Assembly: GCA_038061795.1 (NCBI GenBank)
Contig: JBBTYL010000003.1
Coordinates: forward strand, 192,041 to 256,040
Direction of reading: 5' to 3'
Source of the DNA: Patescibacteria group bacterium
GTDB taxonomy: Bacteria > Patescibacteriota > Minisyncoccia > Phycocordibacterales > PALSA-1337
Length of the DNA: 64,000 nt
The notes beneath the pieces were generated by a model, which saw only the letters and a program-made list of their open reading frames with translations, had not been told where the DNA came from and searched no databases. The position numbers were made by a program, and so were the translations under genes. This document shows, in pieces, positions 10,445 through 19,355 of this stretch. Position 1 is the first letter of the stretch. Each line of letters begins with the position of its first letter.

Positions 10445-11251
10445 TTAGTCGGCCATGACAGCGACCTCGAGGTCGGCGAACGTGCAGCCGAGCTGTTCAG
10501 CAAACGCCGTCTGGCGTTTGAACTTGCTGGCCATCTTGGCATTGTGCCGTTCAAGCTCAGCGGGATCAGTGGGCAATACCCACGTACCTTTGATTTCCGG
10601 CATGATCGGCTTGATGCACGCACCGTACAGGTTTGCCAAGCGAAGCAGTGTCGGAATTTCTTCCACACCAGCAAGCTTCTTGTGGTCACTTACGGGAGCG
10701 TTGGAACAGCGGAAGTCAAAACCACCAACAGTCAGGAGCGACAGGATGTCGTAGCCGGCGAACGTGTTCGCAAGCCGGCCATCCATGATTGACTCCTCGA
10801 GCTCGTTTAGGGCAAGGCCAGCAGCACGCGCACCGGAACGAAAGGCCTTCATAAGCGCCTTCATATTGCCAAGCGTAATGTAGTCCGCACAACCCGTAGA
10901 AATGACGAGAGTGTGGGTACAGCCGCGCTGCAACTGAAGTCCAGCCATCTGATTCAACAGACCGCAGAACAAGTCTGCGTTGGTCTCGTGAACCTCGACA
11001 GTGATGCCCTCGAATTTTGAGGTCTCGACGAGGGCACGAAGCGCCGGAGCAAGCTCACCGCAATCAGCATCAACAAAACCTTTGTTGACCGGGATTGCAA
11101 TATAGACGTGCACAGTAGGGTTGAACTCATCGTGTGACGCAACTGTTGCAAGGTTGAGCAGGGTCTTCTTGACTCCCGCAACCGTCTTTTCGACGCTTTC
11201 GGGTTTTGAGGCGAATCCTCGGAGAGTTACTCCGAGAGTAATAGTTGACAT
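10445..11251 (-). CDS. hypothetical protein, compositionally foreign (GC-rich)
   Basis: 268 aa, with no motif I recognise. A sampled line is about 58% GC versus about 35% in the flanking genes. The several overlapping ORFs in other frames are a GC-richness artefact. Confidence 0.6.
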   Translation of the reverse strand: MSTITLGVTLRGFASKPESVEKTVAGVKKTLLNLATVASHDEFNPTVHVYIAIPVNKGFVDADCGELAPALRALVETSKFEGITVEVHETNADLFCGLLNQMAGLQLQRGCTHTLVISTGCADYITLGNMKALMKAFRSGARAAGLALNELEESIMDGRLANTFAGYDILSLLTVGGFDFRCSNAPVSDHKKLAGVEEIPTLLRLANLYGACIKPIMPEIKGTWVLPTDPAELERHNAKMASKFKRQTAFAEQLGCTFADLEVAVMAD

Positions 11252-11301
11252 GGAACAGTACTTTCTCTTTTCACCACGACTTCATGCCATGGATCAATAC
11301 C

Positions 11302-12459
11302 CTACCTTGTAGCATTTTTTGTGCTGTTTGTCAATACCTTTTTCATCTCCCCAGCTATCTTTCCCCATTCATACTTTTCCCCAACCATCTGCTCTGCGTT
11401 TTTTATTATATAATCCCGGGACTCTTTATCTTTTATCAATTTCTCGACTTTCTGCGCGATACTTTTCGGATTCTGGACTTCACAGAAAAGGCCTGTTTCA
11501 CCATCTTTCAGGAAATCAACAATGCCGCCGACAGGCGTAGCGATTACAGGAATGCCTGCCGCCATCGCTTCCACGTATGAATTTCCGAAACCTTCCGAAA
11601 GCGAAGGCCTTATGAAGATGTCAGAGATGTGCAAATACTGTGGCATGTCTTTATGCGGAATAAAGCCAAGGAATTGCACTCGTTCTTTTAATCCAAGCTT
11701 CTCTGCTTTCTCTTTGAGCATTTTTTCTTGAAAACCTTGGCCAAGACTGATGAATTTCACATTGGCCGGGAGATACTGGAGCGCATCAATGGTATCCGCT
11801 ACTGCATTCTTCACCACGAGGCGACCAGTGGTTATTATGAAGACGTCATCAGGCCTCTTGCCAAGAGATTCCTTGAGAACCGCAAGTTCAGTATCGGATT
11901 TTCGGGTCGAGAAGAAAGCGAAGTCGACGGCATTCGGCACCACGGTTATAGGACACTTTGCCTTCATATCCAGAGCCCAATCTGCAAGATACTTTGATAT
12001 CGTCTGAATATGATCAGCTTTTCTGAAAATCATCTTGAACAGTGGCCACATTGGCAACGCGCGACGCTTGATCTGGGGGATCGGATCACCCTCCTGAAGA
12101 GTCAGAAGGAATGGGGTTTTAGGGTGAGTTAATTTAAAGAAAAGAGCGGCAAATGAATTGTAGCTCGCCATCATCGACCATGTCGCGTCGTATTTGTTCT
12201 TTCCATTGAGCTGCAACGCTTTGAAAAAAGCAAAGAAAGGATACATGAGTTTCTGGACATATCCGACCTTGCCGAATATCCGGTGGACCGAAATATTCCT
12301 GATCTTCTCAAATGCGGGTTCGCCTGCCCCATTAAGCGTTATCATGTCAAACTCGATCTCCAACGGAGAGATCCTGTCTGTAATCTCCTTTATTGCAATC
12401 TCCGCACCACTGACATAGCGAGGATAGTACGTAAGAGAAAATATGAGGATTCTGCGCAT
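11302..12459 (-). CDS. GT4 family glycosyltransferase
   Basis: 385 aa. Contains RPSLSEGFGNSYVEAMAAGIPVIATPVGGIVDFLKDGETGLF. Confidence 0.8.
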   Translation of the reverse strand: MRRILIFSLTYYPRYVSGAEIAIKEITDRISPLEIEFDMITLNGAGEPAFEKIRNISVHRIFGKVGYVQKLMYPFFAFFKALQLNGKNKYDATWSMMASYNSFAALFFKLTHPKTPFLLTLQEGDPIPQIKRRALPMWPLFKMIFRKADHIQTISKYLADWALDMKAKCPITVVPNAVDFAFFSTRKSDTELAVLKESLGKRPDDVFIITTGRLVVKNAVADTIDALQYLPANVKFISLGQGFQEKMLKEKAEKLGLKERVQFLGFIPHKDMPQYLHISDIFIRPSLSEGFGNSYVEAMAAGIPVIATPVGGIVDFLKDGETGLFCEVQNPKSIAQKVEKLIKDKESRDYIIKNAEQMVGEKYEWGKIAGEMKKVLTNSTKNATR

Positions 12460-12571
12460 TTGAAAATAGTATCACAAATAAAAGTCTCCGTCTCTATTGC
12501 CCTGATTTTTTAAACATTTATACTATTCTTCAAGTACCCAACTTATTTATCAAACTCTAACCCATAAAAGC

Positions 12572-12889
12572 ATGAACGAAACTACACCCAAATACATAAT
12601 CGAATTAAAGAACGAATTAAAGAATAATATCACTGGACTCAAACAAGAGTTCGGGGAATTAAAGACTACTTTAGTAAATCGCATAGATAAAATGGATGTG
12701 AAAATTAATAAGATGGATGTAAAAATGGATGAAATCATTGAAAAGCAGGATATACATTTTGAGACTATCGGCGAATTAAAAGTCCAAGTAACTGGAATTG
12801 AGCTCAATCTCAAAAACAAGGCAAACCATGATTACGTGAAGGAAATTGAAAAGAGGACCGACAAACTTGAGAAAGTCGTTTTTGCTTAA
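12572..12889 (+). CDS. hypothetical coiled-coil protein
   Basis: 105 aa. Heptad-like K/E-rich sequence with the repeated unit KMDVKINKMDVKMDE. Confidence 0.5.
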   Translation: MNETTPKYIIELKNELKNNITGLKQEFGELKTTLVNRIDKMDVKINKMDVKMDEIIEKQDIHFETIGELKVQVTGIELNLKNKANHDYVKEIEKRTDKLEKVVFA

Positions 12890-12892
12890 AAA

Positions 12893-14662
12893 CTAATCAA
12901 CCTTAAGAACGTCTCGAAGTACATCTTCGGGAATTTCTTTCTGCTGTACTTGCGAAACAGTCTTTGGTGTAGGAGTGGCCCTCTTTTCTTCTTTCTTCGG
13001 TAAACCTCCGAGTGCAGCAGAAAGAGCATTCTTCAATTCATTCACGCGTTGAGGGGTTGCATTCTTCTGTCCTGGCTTTGAAGAAAGAGAATTTAAAGAA
13101 ACAGGTTTAGGAACGACTGGCACTGGTGTGGGAGCAACTTTTTCCTGAACAGTCGCCGGATCAATTTTAATTTCAGCAAAAGCTTTCTTAAATTGCTGCT
13201 CTGCGACAGGAGCTTTCACTGGTGTTGGCTTTGGTGCCTGAGGAACTGGTTTCGACGCGACAGGCACAGGTATAGGCACTGGCGCAGCAGCCACTGGTTT
13301 CGGAACTACCGGAGCAGCTACAGGAACATGCACAGGAGCTGGCTCCTTCGGCTTCATCGCCGGCTTGACAGGAACAAGAGGCGCCATCCAGTCATCGATT
13401 TTCTTTTCTACTTCGAGACGATTGCGGGCAAACTGCTTGCGGGACATTTCTATGACCTTATCCATGCTTGAGTTTTCAGGCTTTGCGATCGGAGGCAATG
13501 TCGTTCCGGAAAATGGCTGAGAACTGATGCCGTCAATCATAAGCTTCAAATAAATCTGGAAAATGCCAAGATTTACGATGTCTTCAGCCGTAAACTGCGG
13601 AGCAAACTCCTTTTCAAGGACCTCAGCATCAAATGCGCCAACGCGGAATACGATCATCGTTCCGACGTTTCCGAATACGGCTGCCCTCACTTCCTCTTCC
13701 ATCTGTTCGATGTATTGGTGGGCCATGGTCAGGTTGAGCTTGTATTTTCTGGCCTCAGAAAGGATATCCGCAAAGGATTCATTGGCAAAAGACTGGAATT
13801 CGTCTACGAAAAGATAGAAGTTCGGGAGAGTCTTGAGGACCCGATCGGGAATATCAGCGCGAGAAAGAGCGGCGAGATAAATTTTCGTGATGAGCATTCC
13901 TCCGAGAAGGTTCGCGTTGGACTCGCCGATTCTTCCCTTCGAGAGGTTGATGATGAAGATCTTTCCCTGATCCATCATTTTTCTGATGTCGAAAGAAGAC
14001 TTTGGCTGACCTATCATATTCCTGATCAACGCATTCGCCGTGAACTGCCCTATCTTGTTCTGGATAGCTGGCACGGCCTCCAATGCCATTCGCTCGGTGT
14101 AATTTGCAAATTCCTGTGTCCAGAAAGCTTTCACCGAAGCGTCGGTGATATAGGTAATGACATGGTTACGGAAAACCTTGTCAGAAAGCATCCTATTCAC
14201 GCCGAGAAGTGTCGCGTCCGGATATTCAAGAAGCGCAAGAAGCGTGTTGGTCAGGATATATTCCATTCGAGCGGACCAAGCGTCCTGCCAGATCTTCTTG
14301 AAGGTACTCATGAGTCCCGAAACGACAAGGTGACGCTTGTCAGGATCAACGCTTTCAAGGACGTTGAAAGAAATAGGATGCTCCATATCGAACGGGGCGA
14401 AATAGACCACGTCTTTGTGACGATGCTCAGGAACATATTCCAAGAGAAGCTCGGCAGTCTTTCCGTGAGGATCAATGAATGCCATTCCCTCACCGTTCTT
14501 GATATCCTGCACAGCCATGTTCTCAAGCAGGGTTGATTTTCCCATGCCAGTCTTTCCAATCACGTAGACGTGCTTGGTACGATCCTTGGCCTTGATGCCG
14601 AAGGTCACTTTCTTGTTTCGCGCATCGGTCTGGCCGAAATATGTGATTCTATCTTCGTTCAT
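12893..14662 (-). CDS. VirD4/TraD-like (DUF87-type) P-loop ATPase with a Pro/Ala/Val-rich C-terminal tail
   Basis: 589 aa. Walker A is VIGKTGMGKSTLL and Walker B-like is FYLFVDEFQSF. The tail contains PAPVHVPVAAPVVPKPVAAAPVPIPVPVASKPVPQAPKPTPVKAPVA. Confidence 0.65.
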   Translation of the reverse strand: MNEDRITYFGQTDARNKKVTFGIKAKDRTKHVYVIGKTGMGKSTLLENMAVQDIKNGEGMAFIDPHGKTAELLLEYVPEHRHKDVVYFAPFDMEHPISFNVLESVDPDKRHLVVSGLMSTFKKIWQDAWSARMEYILTNTLLALLEYPDATLLGVNRMLSDKVFRNHVITYITDASVKAFWTQEFANYTERMALEAVPAIQNKIGQFTANALIRNMIGQPKSSFDIRKMMDQGKIFIINLSKGRIGESNANLLGGMLITKIYLAALSRADIPDRVLKTLPNFYLFVDEFQSFANESFADILSEARKYKLNLTMAHQYIEQMEEEVRAAVFGNVGTMIVFRVGAFDAEVLEKEFAPQFTAEDIVNLGIFQIYLKLMIDGISSQPFSGTTLPPIAKPENSSMDKVIEMSRKQFARNRLEVEKKIDDWMAPLVPVKPAMKPKEPAPVHVPVAAPVVPKPVAAAPVPIPVPVASKPVPQAPKPTPVKAPVAEQQFKKAFAEIKIDPATVQEKVAPTPVPVVPKPVSLNSLSSKPGQKNATPQRVNELKNALSAALGGLPKKEEKRATPTPKTVSQVQQKEIPEDVLRDVLKVD

Positions 14663-14846
14663 ATAGAGCTTTTATATGCCCTATTTTAGCATGGTTTGCG
14701 AGATTTGTTGACAAAGGTTATTTGGTTTTGCTATTATAAGCAATGAAAAGGTATGTATTTCGAATTGTTACCGGACGGTGGCTTGGCTGAATTTATTCAG
14801 TCTAGAATACATATCGGGAAAAGTCTCCTTCGGGAGATTTTTCTTT

Positions 14847-15452
14847 TTACGGAAGAATATGCACGACCTCAATATGTTTACTTATAATGTTCTTCATTTC
14901 GCCGTTCCCCTCGTAACTCTTTCTTATACTGCCTGCAATCATATCTGCCATTTGAATAAGCATATTGCTTCTTGAATCAACAAAAGTAATTTCTTTCACG
15001 ATTTTTGTTTCATTGACATTCAAACTCTTTTTAATCATTGACTTAAATTGTTTCTTAAATGAACTACTTCCACTGCCATCGATCTTTATCTTAGCATTAC
15101 TGATCCTTTTGTCATTTAGCAAAACCTTTATTGCATCAATATAAAAGTAACCTGTATTTTTGAAAATTTTACTTCTGTCCGCCTGCATTTTATTAACTGC
15201 AAGAAAGTGAATTCTGTACTTATTATTCTTGATTGCCTTTAGGAATTTAATTCGAGTTGAGTGGCTAGATTTGTTGAATTTAAATTCAGTGTTTTGAAAA
15301 CCTAGAGCATCCTTTAAATCTGATAGCATTCTATCAACCCTATTTGCTTCAGCATAATCATCAAAAATAACTGCAACTATCACGAAATAGTTACTTGATC
15401 CTTTGTTGAACTTAAGGCCGGTATCGCCTGATTCATCAATAAATATGAGCAT
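14847..15452 (-). CDS. DUF3800 domain protein
   Basis: 201 aa. N-terminal MLIFIDESGDTG and C-terminal LIQMADMIAGSI are hallmarks of the family. Confidence 0.75.
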   Translation of the reverse strand: MLIFIDESGDTGLKFNKGSSNYFVIVAVIFDDYAEANRVDRMLSDLKDALGFQNTEFKFNKSSHSTRIKFLKAIKNNKYRIHFLAVNKMQADRSKIFKNTGYFYIDAIKVLLNDKRISNAKIKIDGSGSSSFKKQFKSMIKKSLNVNETKIVKEITFVDSRSNMLIQMADMIAGSIRKSYEGNGEMKNIISKHIEVVHILP

Positions 15453-15501
15453 CTACTCACTCTACCAAACCAAAATGAACTTCTAATGAATTTTCACCCA
15501 A

Positions 15502-15528
15502 ACAAAAACCCCGCCTTGCGGGCGGAGA
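15502..15528 (-). terminator. rho-independent terminator after the pilin gene
   Basis: Minus-sense CTCCGCCCGCAAGGCGGGGTTTTTGTTT. Confidence 0.6.
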
Positions 15529-15551
15529 TTATTAAGTATTTTTCTTAACGG

Positions 15552-16037
15552 CTAGCAACCAGTAAATGAAGCTGCAGAAACTGGCGTTGTTGTAGTGCCA
15601 GCTTTACCAATATTACCAACACACCAGCTGATAGAAGGATTGGTCTTAAGTGGAACAGAAACTGACCACCCACCACCAGATCCAATACCTGTTGCATTAT
15701 TTGCACCACAGTATGCATTTCCATTACCTTTCTGATTCATGGCCGCCTTTAAGGCATTTTGAATCGTAACATCAGTAAATAATCCTGCTGGGGTTCCGCA
15801 AAGACCTGTTAATCCAATCGTCGAAGATGCCATAGTTCCATAACTATTACCGTTACTATCATAATAAAATTCGGACTGAACCCTCAAGGTTGCGAGATTT
15901 GCCTTAATGGCAGTATCGGCACTTTTACTACGCGCCGTATTAAGTGATGCAAGAACAACTGACGAAAGGATACCTATGATTGCGATAACGACGAGAAGCT
16001 CTATCAATGTGAAACCTCGATTTGCGTAATTTTTCAT
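15552..16037 (-). CDS. type IV pilin-like protein (prepilin N-terminal methylation motif)
   Basis: 161 aa. The N-terminus is MKNYANRGFTLIELLVVIAIIGILSSVVL (G/FTLIE cleavage motif followed by a hydrophobic helix). Confidence 0.85.
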   Translation of the reverse strand: MKNYANRGFTLIELLVVIAIIGILSSVVLASLNTARSKSADTAIKANLATLRVQSEFYYDSNGNSYGTMASSTIGLTGLCGTPAGLFTDVTIQNALKAAMNQKGNGNAYCGANNATGIGSGGGWSVSVPLKTNPSISWCVGNIGKAGTTTTPVSAASFTGC

Positions 16038-16064
16038 CTTTTAATTATAATACGAGTCCGTGCA

Positions 16065-16092
16065 AAACAAAAACCCCGCCGTAAAGCGGAGT
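16065..16092 (-). terminator. short hairpin followed by a T-run after the upstream pilin gene
   Basis: Minus-sense CTCCGCTTTACGGCGGGGTTTTTGTTTTG. Confidence 0.45.
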
Positions 16093-16114
16093 TTCGCGAA
16101 CTAAAAACTTTTTA

Positions 16115-16534
16115 TTAGTCGCAATCCTGATTTGCGTCAGTTGTGTAAGATGACTTTGTAGTAGTAGTTGCATTACCCTTATAGTCAACACAGAAATATG
16201 ATCCTGATGCTGTCTTGAGGGTTGCATAAACAACCCACTCATCAGCGTCTGCACTACAACCAGCTGTTCCGCTACCGCTTGTTCGAGCTGAATTGACGGC
16301 ATTTGTAACATTTGCATTCGAACAAACTGTGGCATAGCTATTTGGAGAAACACCGTCGTAAACGATTTCAGCCTGTGGTCGAACTCCTGTAAGATTACCC
16401 TTGACCGCAGCGTCTCCTCCCTTTGATCGCGCCGTATTAAGTGATGCAAGAACAACTGACGAAAGGATACCTATGATTGCGATAACGACGAGAAGCTCGA
16501 TCAATGTGAAACCTCGATTTGCGTAATTTTTCAT
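16115..16534 (-). CDS. type IV pilin-like protein, paralog of 15552-16037
   Basis: 139 aa. The first 107 nt match the downstream pilin with 1 synonymous mismatch. The C-terminal domain is divergent and has a terminal Cys pair. Confidence 0.85.
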   Translation of the reverse strand: MKNYANRGFTLIELLVVIAIIGILSSVVLASLNTARSKGGDAAVKGNLTGVRPQAEIVYDGVSPNSYATVCSNANVTNAVNSARTSGSGTAGCSADADEWVVYATLKTASGSYFCVDYKGNATTTTKSSYTTDANQDCD

Positions 16535-16629
16535 ACTTATTAAGTTAACTTATAAAAACCTGATAATTAAACTTATGGCTGTAATTATAGCAAAACCTTG
16601 AAAAATAAGGTCAAGTGCCGTGGGGATAA

Positions 16630-17838
16630 CTATTGCGCACTCGCAACGTTGTAAATAGGAATGAGGACGGAAGCCAAGAGGACAGCCACGCCTCCTCCGA
16701 GACAGACGATCATGAGCGGTTCTATGAGATCGACAAGGCCATCGACGGCTGTAGTTACCTCTCTGGCATAGAACTTGGCCAATGTTTTCAAGATATTTCC
16801 AAGCTCTCCAGATTCTTCCCCCACCTTCATCATCTGAATCATGATTCCAGGAATCTCATCATTGCCTGAAAGCGCTTCTGAAATGGCCTTTCCGCCTTTC
16901 ACAGCTTCGACGGAATCAGAGATGATCTTGTGGTAAATGGTGTTGTTGATGACGGAAGACGTGAGATCGAGCGCGCGAATCATGGGAATTCCAGCGACAA
17001 GCATGGTGTTCATGTTATCGGCGAGACGTGACCAGTAGAGCTTCCTGAAAAGGTTGCTGATGTAAGGGATACTGAGCTTTACCCTATCATAAACCTCCTT
17101 TCCTGAAGGCGTTCGGATGTATTTGAATACGAAGAACCCTCCGATAATGACAACGCCAAGAAGTATAAATCCATAATCGACGAAGAAGTTGCTGATGCCA
17201 AGGACGATCTTGGTATAAATCGGTATTTCCTGTCCAGAATCGACGAGTATTGAGCTTATCTTCGGAATGACCATGGTGAACATCAGGATCATTACGGTTA
17301 TGAAGGTGATGACAACGAACGCGGGATAAATCAATGCCCCTTTAGCTTTGCTGATAAGTTCATAGGTGCGATCAAGATAGTCAGCTAGATAATTGAACGT
17401 CTCATTGAGCTTTCCCGACTCTTCGCCGGCCTTGACCATGCTGACATAGAAGTCGGAGAAGACTTTCGGATGCTTTGCGAGAGCCGCTGAAATGGCTGTA
17501 CCCGCTTGGAGATCATCAGCAATTTGGGCAAGCTTGGAACCAAGGACCTTGTTATCGCTCTCTGAAGACAAAAGCCTGAACACGCGCAATGCTGAAACCT
17601 GCGCTTCGAAAAGCGTGGCAAGCTGGCGAGAAAGGATGACAACATCCTTGTTAGAGACCCTTTCGAACCAGGCGATATTCATCGAAAGCAATCCCGCCTT
17701 CTTGTCGGCTTCGTTTATCGAAGTTATAACAAGCCCCCTTCTTTGGAGGGATGTTATTGCAATATCGACATTGACCGCATCGATCGATCCGGTCTTCGGG
17801 GCGCCTGTCTGGTCTACTGCTTGATAGTTAAAAAGCAT
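16630..17838 (-). CDS. pilC: type IV pilus platform protein PilC (GspF family)
   Basis: 402 aa. Duplicated T2SS-F domains with 3 TM segments, located in the pilB/pilT operon. Confidence 0.85.
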   Translation of the reverse strand: MLFNYQAVDQTGAPKTGSIDAVNVDIAITSLQRRGLVITSINEADKKAGLLSMNIAWFERVSNKDVVILSRQLATLFEAQVSALRVFRLLSSESDNKVLGSKLAQIADDLQAGTAISAALAKHPKVFSDFYVSMVKAGEESGKLNETFNYLADYLDRTYELISKAKGALIYPAFVVITFITVMILMFTMVIPKISSILVDSGQEIPIYTKIVLGISNFFVDYGFILLGVVIIGGFFVFKYIRTPSGKEVYDRVKLSIPYISNLFRKLYWSRLADNMNTMLVAGIPMIRALDLTSSVINNTIYHKIISDSVEAVKGGKAISEALSGNDEIPGIMIQMMKVGEESGELGNILKTLAKFYAREVTTAVDGLVDLIEPLMIVCLGGGVAVLLASVLIPIYNVASAQ

Positions 17839-17847
17839 AATTTTTTA

Positions 17848-18906
17848 TTACATCATCCTCTCAAGAGTCTTAGGGTTAAACGAATTCAAATACGCGCTCT
17901 CGACTGTAATCTCTCCCCTTCTGACGAGTTCAGCGAGCGAGCGGTTCATGTCTATCATACCATCGCCGGAGCTTGTTTCAATAACGGTGTTTATTTCATG
18001 AATCCTTTTTTCACGGATGAGGTTCGCTACGGCGCTGTTATTGATAAGCAGTTCGTACGCAGGAATCAATCCTCCCGAAATCCTCGGGATGAGGCGCTGA
18101 GAAAAAATGCCCGTCATGCTTCCCGCAAGCTGGATGCGTATCTGGTCCTGCTGGCTCGACGGGAACGAGTCGATGATTCGGTTGATGGTCTGCGCGGCAT
18201 TGTTCGTATGAAGCGTCGAGAAAACGAGGTGGCCGGTTTCTGCCGCTGTCACGGCAGTCGCCATGGTATTGTTGTCGCGCATTTCGCCTACGAGGCACAC
18301 GTCGATGTCCTGGCGGAACATCGAGACGAGGGCGCCGCTAAAATCAGGCGTATCGCTTCGCACTTCGCGCTGGTCAATGATGGATTTTTTTGATTCGAAA
18401 AGATATTCGACAGGATCCTCGATGGTCAGGATGTGCTCGTTGCGAGTCTGATTTATCATTTCGATCAACGCCGCCAGCGTCGTGGTCTTTCCTTGTCCGA
18501 TAGGTCCGACTACGAGGAAAAATCCCTGCTGTTTTCTTGTGAAAGATTCGAGGATCGGGGGAAGGTTGAGCTCGGCAAGCGTCCTGATGCTTTTTGGAAT
18601 AAGCCTCAATGCGACTGAAAGCACGCCCTGGTGATAGAAAGCATTGCCTCTGAAACGGCTTTTAGTAAGGCTGTATGAAAAATCAACTTCACGGTTTTCT
18701 TCGAGAAGCTTCTCGTTGTCGTCGCTCAAGAATTCCTTGATATAGCCGTGCATGTCCTCCTTCGTAGATATAGGCTTCTTTGAAAGAGGAATGAGCGATC
18801 CTGAAACGCGAATCACCGGATTGCGCCCTTCCGCAAGGTGAAGGTCAGAAGCGCCTTCTTGAATCACCATATCTACGAGATCTTCGATTTGTTTCTTATA
18901 TTCCAT
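17848..18906 (-). CDS. pilT: twitching-motility retraction ATPase PilT
   Basis: 352 aa. Walker A is GPIGQGKTTT. Also has the Asp box, Walker B (ILTIEDPVE... / VGEMRD) and His box STLHTN. Confidence 0.85.
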   Translation of the reverse strand: MEYKKQIEDLVDMVIQEGASDLHLAEGRNPVIRVSGSLIPLSKKPISTKEDMHGYIKEFLSDDNEKLLEENREVDFSYSLTKSRFRGNAFYHQGVLSVALRLIPKSIRTLAELNLPPILESFTRKQQGFFLVVGPIGQGKTTTLAALIEMINQTRNEHILTIEDPVEYLFESKKSIIDQREVRSDTPDFSGALVSMFRQDIDVCLVGEMRDNNTMATAVTAAETGHLVFSTLHTNNAAQTINRIIDSFPSSQQDQIRIQLAGSMTGIFSQRLIPRISGGLIPAYELLINNSAVANLIREKRIHEINTVIETSSGDGMIDMNRSLAELVRRGEITVESAYLNSFNPKTLERMM

Positions 18907-18913
18907 GATTATT

Positions 18914-19318
18914 TCATTTCTTGACTGACGAATAAATATTCTTCACCTCGGCAAGGACGTCTGAAGGGATGGTGGTAGCCTTGATGATATACCCATCGAC
19001 ATTGAGCTTTTTTGCGCGCGCAACATCGTCTGAAAGCCCCTGATTCGTAAGCATGATGACCACGGCTTTCTTGAGAAGATTTTCTTTCTTGAGAAGGGTC
19101 AGGAGCTCGATGCCGTCCATGCCTGGCATGACGACGTCCAGAAGGAGTATATCAGGATCAAGGCCGTCTCGGATAAGCTTGAGGGCGTCCTCCGGGCCCT
19201 GCGCCGTATGAACCTCGAAGTCATTTTTTGAAAATTTGAGAGCATACATGTCAAGCAGGAACTTGTCGTCATCAACGAAGAGTATCGAGAGCTGTTTTGT
19301 TGCTGAGGGTGTTTCCAT
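18914..19318 (-). CDS. single-domain response regulator (CheY-like receiver)
   Basis: 134 aa. Contains ILFVDDD...LLLDVVMPGMDG...ML T...K, matching the receiver-domain pattern. Confidence 0.85.
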   Translation of the reverse strand: METPSATKQLSILFVDDDKFLLDMYALKFSKNDFEVHTAQGPEDALKLIRDGLDPDILLLDVVMPGMDGIELLTLLKKENLLKKAVVIMLTNQGLSDDVARAKKLNVDGYIIKATTIPSDVLAEVKNIYSSVKK

Positions 19319-19355
19319 GGTGCGTTTATTATATCACAAGGCACTGAATCTAAAA

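Noticed and set aside
13100-13390. Possible tandem DNA repeat or CRISPR-like periodicity in the Pro/Ala/Val-rich region.
   Set aside because: The periodicity is at the amino-acid level (PxPV-type) inside a continuous ORF. There are no exact DNA repeat units with unique spacers. No CRISPR array is present anywhere in the window.
16045-16455. 136-aa minus-strand ORF overlapping the second pilin gene and its terminator.
   Set aside because: It is out of frame with the clear pilin ORF (16115-16534), spans the terminator hairpin, and has no recognisable features.
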